NCBI GenBank assembly: GCA_009103225.1 | Contig: RHPI01000026.1 | Location: 305,210 to 369,209 of the forward strand | Direction: 5' to 3' | DNA from: Chlorokybus atmophyticus | Taxonomy: Eukaryota; Plantae; Mesostigma and Chlorokybus algae | DNA length: 64,000 nt | Part shown: positions 54,246-64,000 of the stretch, piece after piece | How the letters are laid out: each line of letters opens with the position of its first letter | Position numbering within the stretch: the first letter of the stretch is position 1 | Position numbers and translations under genes: made by a program | Notes under the pieces: model-generated | The model's database searches: none | What the model was told of the DNA's origin: nothing | Seen by the model: the letters and a program-made list of their open reading frames with translations, nothing else

Positions 54246-57200
54246 CAGTCACCTCATTTTTGGGCTGGAGGGACGCTAAGGAGGGAGGGGCCAGCAGCAG
54301 TTCTGGCCCTTGACGCAGTAATTGACTGTACCACCGTCAAGCGGGATGGATGAGGGCGCCTTTGGGGCACACTTCACACCTGGAGGTGACGGTAGTGGTG
54401 CGATGGGCAGCATCGATGATGGCCAGGATGGCGTCAGCAAGCTTATCACACATAAAAAGAAGTAATCTGGAAGGTACACTGTAGATGTCATTCATGCCGG
54501 CCCAGAAAATCAAGTGCTGTGCCAAAACGCACTAGCAGACGGGGCGACAGCAAGCGGTCTCCAGTCTTTGTGTGCTCATGAACAGCACCCCACACCATGA
54601 GCAACAGCGTTATTGTCTTTTCACAGCGGCCAATCCACCACAACAATCTACCACACTCCATGCTCATGCCGCCGCCGCCGCTGCCAATGCAAAGCACTGT
54701 GCCTGAGCTGATCGTATGTGCATCAACAGGTTGCTTGTCTAGTTCCCTGATTTATTTGAGACCTTGCTTGCAGTGCATGGAGGCGGCGGCGGCGGGGGTG
54801 GGCATGGAGGTGGCGGCACTGCTGCCACTGCAGCTGTGTGTGCAGGAGGCACGGTCGTGGTCGCAATCAGGGCCCTCACAGGCAAGCAGCCTGAGCGTGC
54901 GGGCATGGTGTTGTGCTGATGTCGTTGCTGCTGCCTACCACATGTAAGCAGGAATGTTCTCCTCATTGCCCTCGCAGCTGCTGCTGCTGTTGTTATATAC
55001 AACAGCGTAGTTGGTGTCGTGGTCAATGCCGTTGCATACATGCAGGTTTGACCAGTGATGTGGTGGCGCTTGTGTCGAGCGTGAAATGCTGTTGTCAGAA
55101 AGCTGCTTGCGCGTCTCACCCCCACAGTGGAAGCTCTCAGTTGGAGCTCTCCTCTCAACCCCCACGTTAAGAGCTGCAGTGCATGATGTATGGCAAGCCC
55201 TGAGTGCTTGCTGTTGTTGCCTTGCAGTGCTGTGCTGAGCTCACTGCAGACCGTCTGCACAGCTACATAGTGAGCTAAGCACAGCACTGCAAGTGACTTC
55301 AGCTGTGTATGCATGCTGGGGCCAGCAAGCTCCCTGCTTGCTCACCATGCCATGGTGCATGCATGCAAGCATGATGGCATGCTGTAAGCTTGCATGCCAG
55401 CATGGTGAGAGGGCAGGGCGCTTGCTGGGCACCTGTCCACAATTGCATAGCAGAGCCTGGCTGGTGCCGCGATAGGTGTCTGGAGTAACTTGGACACTTG
55501 GTCTTGAGTCAGTGTGGTTGATCACTTTGTTGGTAAGGGAAGTCTTGTCAATGGCATGTGCCGCACAATGACCAAACAAATGCTGTGTAGTGTTGGTTGG
55601 GCGATGCTTGTTGGAGTCCATATTTCTGATTAGTTTAACTAGATGTGCCACGTGCACATGTGTTGGTCGCAACGCAGACCATAACCTCCGTCCTTTTGAG
55701 TGCAAAGCCCAGGCTTCCGCGGTGTGTGCGACTGCAACCGTGGTGAGGAGGCCTTTGCAAGCTTTCCTGTGCTGCCAACTTGTTATGTTCAAGATGTGCG
55801 GGCAGATATCGACTCACTCTGTAAAGGTGCAGTATTGTTCACATATTGGTCGCTTGCATTCGCAGCAAGGTCGCTTGCCGGAAGTGCGGTCGAGGCCCGG
55901 CTCGCTGTGAACATGTTACCAGGTACACGATGTCACCTTTTGTTCATGCAACTCAACCTGTTGCAAGTACAGTGGCCATCGTCACGGTGTTTGCTACGAG
56001 GTTGAGCCATTGGGTACGCCTATGTGCCCTGCGGCAGCTAATGTAATGTACAGTAGTCAATGGCTAACTTACCGCAGTGCGCTGATGTCGCCATGGGCAT
56101 CTGCATAGTGTGCTCTCTGATGGCACGACTCAACTGCTGGTTAGCAAGTATCACCTATCCTTGTTTGTTGGCTTTGGGCATGGAGACCATCTTCTGGTGG
56201 CAAGGCAAGGTCACGTGTGCGGCTACGCAACTGGCTGCAAGCTGCGAATGCATTTGGCTGGTCCCCACATTTGTGCCGCAATCACTGCACTTTGACCATG
56301 GCGTAGCATAATGTGTGCAAACTGCCCATCAGTTGTCTTACAGTGCAAGTCGCAAGAGTGATATCGGGTGTTCAGGACTCGCACGGGATTGTTTGACTCA
56401 ACACATTCAAAACAACCACACTGCGATTGATCAGTAGGACTGGTCAATAGAAACACATGCTGATCAAAGACTGTGTCAACTGCCGTGTGGTTGGCTGGAA
56501 GTCGAGTTCGGTGCATCCAGATCCGGTTGCCACTAGCTATCACAGGCGAGAACCAATGGTTGATTCTCTGCTACACACTGCTGGCAGCTGTAGACTGAGT
56601 TGTATAAGTAAAGTCCTTAGCGGCCAGCACACCAAGATGATACTGTGAGTGGGAAAGAGTGTATAATAAATAGTGTGCAAGGATTGTGGCATGCATGAGA
56701 GTGTGTACACGCACGCACATGCACACAGTATCATACTCCTTGCCACGCAAGCAATAGCTTCTACGATTTCCTGTACACACACGCACACATACACAATAAT
56801 ATTATCACTCACCTCTACTGCTACACACATGCACATGCGCGCGCGCGCACCCTTGCCTCAGCTCAGCGGCGGTGTAATTGGGCCGCCTGTTCGGGGCACC
56901 ATCCAGCTGATCCGCTCGCCTTCCCCCCTCCCCTCTCTCCTCCGCACCCTTGCACCTGTGCCCCTCCTCTTGCCTCCCATGCAAGCGCCCAGCTGATCCA
57001 TCGCTGTCTATGGCAACGCCACGGTCTCCTCCACCCCCACCCCCAACCCCCACCACACATAGTACCATACCCTTTATATACACATCCCACCACACAGACA
57101 CACCCTTTACCCCCTCTATCGTCCCCGCCGCCGTGCCTCTGCGCCCCCACTCCTGCCTCACTGCCACAACCACGTCGCCGCCCATACCAACCTAACCTCC

Positions 57201-57642
57201 CCCTAATAGATTGGAATCACGGAGTTAAGGCGTACAGGCTTGTTGCCTGTCACCCTCTACCTACCCACCTTTGATGCTGTAGGGCGCTACAGGTCATCTA
57301 AAAAATTGAAAACTTCATGGGCATGAAGGTCAAGTACTCTATTTCGATTGTATGGCCGCCCAAAAAAACAAACACACAGCCCACCACAATCGTCACTTTT
57401 TATGGCAAAAGTCACGTACTCAGGGCACTTCATCCTACAATCAGCTGTGATCAGCAAACAGCGCAGCAGTACACTATGGCCGGTGGACAGCTAGTGTGTA
57501 CTGCCATGCTGGTATTTGGCTTGGAACATTGTGTATGTACAATCGTTCGGCTACCTGCTAGCGCAATGCTAAGCGTGAGTTCTGCTCTATTGCTACCCTT
57601 CACCATCACTACTCATCACATCAACAACATACTTTTATTACC

Positions 57643-59237
57643 TCACGAAGCTACAAAGCCCAGCCAGCTGCCGATGATGAACCATCCAGCAATCAACCCA
57701 ACAAACCCAGCCCACGCGATGAAGAACTGCCAACCCCCAAAGTACACGCCCACACCCATAATGACAGCGAACGGCACGAGCGAGCGCACGAACGAGGAGA
57801 GTTTGACGAACCGCCCCCTCAGGAACATCATGACAGCGAGGCGAGCGGCGTTCCAGCGGCCCCGCTGGTTGAGGTAGTTCATGTTGTTGAGGCAGTGCGC
57901 CACAAAAGAGTGGCAGTTGCTCGTGAGGATGTTGTACGTCACGTGCTGGTACTGCCGCGCGCGCGACCGAAGCTGCGAGTCCCAGTCCTCAACCCTACCC
58001 TCATTGGCCTGTGTGGTGATGTATTGCATGAAGTCAGTGTTGCAGTGGGATGCTTGTACCCGTAATGAGCCACTTGTAGACTCATGCATGATCCGATCGC
58101 TGACTTAGGTGTCTGTAGTTTCTGAACATGTGCACATACACCCACATGTAGCAATGACACACACACATACATGGAGTGAGGTCACGCACAGACAGCCACC
58201 CATGCACCCTCACATACATGCACACCACGCACGCACGCACCATAACACTGTCTCTTTTCCCTGCTCACCTGTGCAGGGTCGAGGCGCATGTATCTCAGCG
58301 GGGCCCCGAATGCAAACTGGTCGACGCTGACGTAGTAGTGTCCCGCGAAGTCCAGAATTACGCCGTCCGACATGCAGATGCCCAGGTGCCCCACGAACGG
58401 GGCCAGCCACGCTATCAGCGGCAGGGGCGTCCACACCAGACAGAATGGAAAACGTTTCCTGCGTGACGTGGTGTGCTGCATTAGTGACTGGCGTCGTGAA
58501 CACGGCTGATGTGAATGTGCATGTGTGTTACAGTGTGCATGCGTGTGTGCATGCATGCTTGCAAGTGTACGCGTGCATGTTTGTGTGTGCTGGTGCGCTT
58601 GCACGTGTGTGCACGGCTGTGCATGAGTGCGCATGCATGCTGCTATAGGGGTGTATGCATAGCTGCAGCGGAATGTACCAGTGTACCACACGTCCCAACT
58701 CGCCAACCACATATATGTATGTGTTGGGCGAGTTGGGACGTGTGAGCATATGTATGGGCATAACTACAGCCACAACTGTGATGTACGCATGGAGTGCTGC
58801 TGTACGGGTTCCTGTTCATGTGAATCAGGATTCAAACGCCTTGAACAACCATCTCAATAGCCGTAGTGTGTGTGCGCATCACCCCAATTCAAGCTCAACA
58901 CAACCAAAATGCGGAACAACCTTGCGTTCGTAACTCTTGACAACGCTCGTTCAAGCGACATATTGCAGAATGACAGAGACTTGAGAATGTCAACTAAGGG
59001 CTTGAGTGCATGGCAACACACGCATGCCACAATCAAACAAATTGTCTGTGTGCTGCGTGTGGGTAAATGTTAAGCTCCAGCTGATGCTTTGACAGTCAGC
59101 TGCTGCCTGTCGTACCTGGCCGGGTCCATCACTGCCGGTGCAGTTGACGCTGCTCCGCCCCCCGGCGACACCGCCGCCTTGCCGTCCTCCTCAACCTCAG
59201 AAGGCTGACCAGCAGCCGTCTCATAGTCGCTCCCCAT
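57643..59237 (-). CDS. TMEM222/RTE1-like (DUF778) membrane protein, 3 exons
   Basis: MDPAR|[59 protein letters not shown]; [29 protein letters not shown]; two C-terminal TM segments. TGA at 57643-57645. An alternative start at 59300 is possible. Confidence 0.92.
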
Positions 59238-59513
59238 AGCCACGACCCCAACACCACGGCCGCCGCCGCCGCTGCCGCCTGTGGCCGTTACAAGTGGCAT
59301 TTGTGTTCACTTGAGATCACTGAAAACATCAAAGCGATCACTGATGGCTGAGAGATGAGGTTACTGAACACTCCCAACAGTTGCTTGGAAGCACTTAGTG
59401 TTCAGTGATCCAGCCTGGGTGGCGGTGGTTAGCGTGTGGGTGGCGGTGTGCGTGTCGGCCGCGGGCGAGGCGCAGGCGCCTGTGTAACCGCTCGCATCTG
59501 CTTGCTTTGCGCA

Positions 59514-61442
59514 ATGGGTGCCTTTGGCCCGCTGACGGGCGTCTGGGAGCAATGGCAGGACGGCCTGCAGCAGGTGGCTGTGCAGGCGGCCCGGGTGGTA
59601 GAGCCGTACCACTCGCATGCAAGGGTTGTGCGAGACTTTCAGGCAAGCAAATGCCCGCATTGGGGGCTTTACCTCTTCTCTTGCATGCATTCAGCACACA
59701 AGAAGTGCTAGTCTCATGCATGCCAGCTGGTCTCATGCATGCCAGCTAGTGCAACGGCTTCCAACTAACAGCGGCGCAGCCATGCAAGCTTTGCAAAACC
59801 GGCTGCATAAGGAAGTTTCGTGAGCTTACCATGGCATTGAACCTGTGAGTACCTCACATACAAGTTTTGTTGCTTTCAGAATTCGCTACCATTTGAGCTG
59901 CTGCTGGTAGGCCACTGCCTGTTCATTGCGCTGCTCTGCCGAGGGCCTTACCGGGAGTTCTGGCTGGTGAACTACTTCGTCACATTCATGGCTGCGTTTG
60001 GGGGAGGCACCATTGCTTCTCTGCTAGCCTTTGTAAGTACAGCCAATGCATCATCCACCATAACACTCATGCCATACAATGCAAGGTGCTGACTGCTTTG
60101 GCTGCTTGCGCAGGAAGTGCCAGTTTGGTTTCACAACAACTTGTTTCCGGTTGTCTTCACCGTTTGCTGGTAATGATGCCTTGAAACATTACTGTACTCA
60201 ATGCCTCAGCACTTCCTGACCTATGAAGGTGATGGTTTCAGGTATCTGATTCACTACTCGCCGCAAGACATCATGTACAAGATCTGTTCATTCCTGCCCA
60301 TCAAGGTAGAGTGGTCATGCCACTGGCAAGTTCTATACCTGACCTATATACTGGTTTACTCGAACACTTAACCCAAGCTTACTTGCGTACGTGCCTCAGG
60401 CTGTTTGCCAGGCCTGCATGAACATACTGCGAGGCGGATTGATTGTGGCATTGGTGCGTGCGACGTCACATGACCATGCAAGCTGCATCTGAGCTTATGG
60501 CTTGGCAGCAACAGTCGCTAAATGCATATCTGTACTAGGTCCATTCCAAGAGCAAAGAGTTCCCGGGAGCTATCGTTGCACCATTGCTGCTTGGTACAAT
60601 AGGAGGTATGCCAGGAGCGTTTTCTTTTTGAGATGCTTGCTGTTTGTTGGCTGCGCTTTGCTCACAGTTTCCCCGCGTGTTTGCACAGGTTGCGCTGGGA
60701 AGTTCTTTGGCGACGCAGCTGCTTTTGCCATGGGAATCAAGCAAGCTGAGCCTGCTGAGTTTGCCAAGCCCTCTTGGTAAGCTTCTTGCATGCATGTTCT
60801 GGAAGCAGCGCTCTACAGATGAGTTACAGAGGCTCGCCCTCCACAGGATATTGAGGTCAGGCTTTGCTAGCGCACTTTTCTGTTGGGTCACCTCGGAGTA
60901 TCTGAAGTTCTTGCCTGGAGACGTTGCCGATGTACTCGTTATTTGGGGTCTGGTACGAGCCTTGCATGCATCTGCTTGTTATGTCCACGCATGTACTAGT
61001 ACATACGCACTATGCATGCATTTGTCCACGTGTATGGCCCATGTGTGTGCCCGCACGTATGTTTGTTCACATGTGCGCATGCATGTGTGCTTTTGCGCAT
61101 GCATGCACCTACGTGCATTGGTGCTTGTGTTACTACACCGTCACAGAGGCAAACATGCGCCATCACCAAAGTCTGCTTGTATCCTGACAGGTTTCGCACG
61201 GGCTCTTGTGCACCGCAATGGGGCGCTTCTGGGATCCGACGGCACCATTTGCAAAGCTTTTCCATCAACTAACGTACCATCTTTGTACTTTCGTTGTTAA
61301 CATTGAAGAGCGAGCGTCTTGTTGCCTAGAGGTAATTAACCTTTGCTTTGCATGCAGAGGCATTCCCGAGCCTTTCGGGCAACCATCAAAGGCCGCGAGC
61401 ACCTCTGCCTCGTCCGTATCAAGAAGAAAGAAGAAGCAATAG
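59514..61442 (+). CDS. TRIC/TMEM38-like trimeric intracellular cation channel
   Basis: PFELLLVGHCLFIA..FWLVNYFVTFMAAFGGGTIASLL; WYLIHYSPQDI; LLGTIGGCAGKFF; EFAKPSW..RSGFASALF; C-terminal basic tail RRKKKQ, TAG. Confidence 0.8.
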
Positions 61443-62113
61443 AAGCTGTCAGTGTTTTGGAGTTGATTGCCTGGACGACATCTACCAGCTCTCTCGCCTT
61501 GGGAAGTTGTATTGAACATGGAGAGTGCTTCTTTGAAAAGTGCAATATTTAGCGATCTCGGTTTAACAATCAGCACTTCACAAGCACACGCATGGGTCGA
61601 AAGGTGCTTAGCTGTGACTGCATCATGCAAGTGCGTACTGGCATATGCTGCATGCCTACGACTGAATGGCACATTAATCAGTTTGCACATAAGCGTACAT
61701 GGGATGACAATATCGTCACACCACGTCATCATCACTTTGCAGATAGACGCATTGGTCATAACTTCGTAAACCATACTGGGATTATGGTGCACTGCTTGAA
61801 AGTGCGCATTGGCATATGCTGCACGCCGTAAAGAAGTGGCACCTCAAAAGAGGTTTGCACATGAGTGTACACGAGATGAAGATTCAACAAGCCCTGTATG
61901 TGCTGCAGTACTTATTGATAATGATGGTCATTAATAATGGATATCTGGCTACAAGATCAAGGTGCAACGAGGCTGATCTTATGAAAGTCGACGTGCGCTC
62001 GGCTATCACTGCTTGAAGCGATATCGACAGGGCCGGCTTGATACAAAGCGCGATATCGAGTGCAGCCGAGCATGCATGCGGGCACTGGCGTCTGTGCTTT
62101 ATCCGTGGCGTTG

Positions 62114-64000
62114 ATGGCGGCGGTGGCAGCGGCGGTGTCGGTGGCGGGGTCTTTAAGGGTGGCCAGCAGCAGTAGCAGTAGCAGCATTGGTGAAGCTCGT
62201 ACGAGCGGTGCTGCTCCACGCAGCAGGCGCCGTAGCCGTTGCCACAGCCGCAACTCAGCAGCCTCTGCAGCGCCTCGTTCTAGGTGTCAAGTGGACAGCT
62301 GTGGAGGCGATGGTGGTGGAGCACATGAACTGCCTCCTCCGTCTCACAGGCAAGCTGCGGATGCTTCTGGAGCATTGCCCTTAAGGATCGTCCTGACGGC
62401 GTTGCTGTCTGCGGCGCCAATTGTCACAGCTGGCGCTTGCGAGGTGCGTGCATGCATTGTCGAGCTGTGCAATTCTGAGCGTACAACTTTGCCTACTACG
62501 TGCAATGCTGACCATAGTTTGTTTGTATGCATGCTCAGTGGTATCGCTGCTAATTTACCTTAGGTGGTTGTGCTGGTTACTGGCATGGCGACAGCCTGTG
62601 CTGTTTATGTAGGCAGTGGCTGCATGTTGAGCCAAGCGGCAAACAACTCAGTTTGGTCACTCAGCAGTGTAATTGTTAGCGGTGTTAGCTCTGTGCCATA
62701 GCTGTGAGCATGGTAGGTCCACCACGCCAACTGCCACTGCAGTTTATTGCCTATGCTTTGACCTACCTCCGCTGATACTGGTTTTGTTAAGAAATAGTCG
62801 GTAGCTATTCCTGCCAAGAAACACCCAGCGCAGGAGTCAGGTTCCAACCTGCAGATGTACACAGAACAGTTTGTAACTTGAGCTCACGTATAGAGGCTGA
62901 GTACCATGCCCTTTGTGCAGGCACTGCAAGCTCCGACAACAGCCGACCGGCCTGCCGCAGTTGCTGAGCCATCATTGTCAAGCACCACCACGTCACTAAA
63001 GCTACCAGACTCTCCCTTTCCAGAGGTGTCCGGAAGGGTCAGCTCTCAGGATGCTTCACAGAATGCACTGCAGCAGCGCACATTACTGCCTCGAGTGGGC
63101 TTGCCGGACCTTTCAAACATGCCGGACTTGTCCAGCAGCGCCACGGCGGCCTGGAATGATCTCGTGGCCAAGGGCAATAATGCGTATGACAAGCTCAAGA
63201 GCTTGAAGCTACCGCCACTCCCCACGCACAGGCTTCCGTCTCTGCCCGATGTGAAGAGTCTAGCTTCTCAGCTGCCAGCTCCAAATTTGAGCGGTCTAAG
63301 CAGCAGCGAAGCAGTTGCTCCGGCTGCGGTTGCCGCAGGAGGCCTCGTGGGCCTGCTGCTATGGCAACAGGCAGCTCTTGCCCGTGTCAAAAGACAGGTT
63401 GCGGCGTTGGAGGAGGAGCGAGCCGCTGCGCAAAATGCGCTTCAACAGTTGGCTTCTGCAAACGGTGTGTCCACTGCAGATGAGGTTCGTAGCACGATGC
63501 GTAGGACACAGCAGCATGCAGGATATGATTGAACAGACATGTTTTGGCTGACAGTCTGTCAGAATATAGACGCATGTGCTCGCACGTCTGCACGTGTGTG
63601 CGTGTGCATATGTATATATGTGGCTAAAGCATGCATAGCGAGTTCAGGCATGCACTCGCATTACTGGCTACGCAGATTTTGAGCAGCATCTGTTGTTATG
63701 TCGTCGTCTGCATTGCTTAGTATATATCACGATATGTAAGCATTGCATCGACGTTGGCGGAGATGTGTTGCTGAAGTACAAGGGCACCATGCAGGTTTCA
63801 CCAGGAAAGGCATGGCTGGAGCAAGCGGTGGGACGCCTGCAGGTGTCCTTGACATCAGCCGCGCAGGCGCAGCAGAGGCTGGAGGAGCAAGTCTTGGGAC
63901 TCCAGCACCTGCTTGAGACGGAGCGAGAGACCGTCGCTCAGTTGCAGGAGAGCTTAGCATCCACTAAGCAATCGCTGCAAGAGAGCCGAGCCTCGTATGC
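62114..64000 (+). CDS. Plastid/thylakoid-targeted protein with one TM segment and a long coiled coil (MFP1-like architecture), truncated by window end
   Basis: Ser/Arg/Ala-rich transit peptide, then a hydrophobic signal-like stretch (LRIVLTALLSAAPIVTAGACE), a low-complexity segment, TM AVAAGGLVGLLLW, and heptad-rich exons (ARVKRQVAALEEERAAAQNALQQL; RLEEQVLGLQHLLETERETVAQLQESL). The MFP1 assignment rests on architecture only. Confidence 0.55.

Noticed and set aside
59711-59747. 18-bp tandem duplication GTCTCATGCATGCCAGCT
   Set aside because: A short intronic slippage duplication with no further structure.

Overview
Nuclear genome of a green-lineage eukaryote, most likely an alga. Evidence: spliceosomal introns, plastid transit peptides, zeaxanthin epoxidase and a plastid-type NDPK; the species cannot be determined. 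1-~6.05 kb is a decayed Ty3/gypsy chromovirus (gag, protease, RT, RNase H, integrase, chromodomain, PPT and 3' LTR; the 5' LTR is not in the window). A 5'-truncated RLE-type (CRE-like) non-LTR retrotransposon fragment follows at ~6.9-7.7 kb. The rest is gene-dense and intron-rich: Aurora kinase (+), RRP8 (-), ZEP (+), an RFP-TM/bestrophin-like channel (+), a complete ~21-exon HAP2/GCS1 gamete fusogen (-), RPB12 (+), an F-box protein (+), a decayed orphan gene with exon-bordered GCRCxxC repeats (-) and an inverted partial paralog (+), CSN6 (-), MPC2-type pyruvate carrier (+), a second F-box protein (-), NDPK2 (+), TMEM222/RTE1-like (-), a TRIC/TMEM38-like channel (+) and a plastid coiled-coil MFP1-like gene running off the right end (+). 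Most interesting: the intact HAP2 gene with an apparently folded cytoplasmic C-terminal domain, its location in a distinct block (microsatellite-filled introns, several GC-AG introns), the orphan GCRC-repeat pseudogene pair, and small hairpin-bounded elements. I found no clearly novel multi-gene system. All gene models were assembled by eye from splice signals and family motifs, and exon edges are approximate unless stated.
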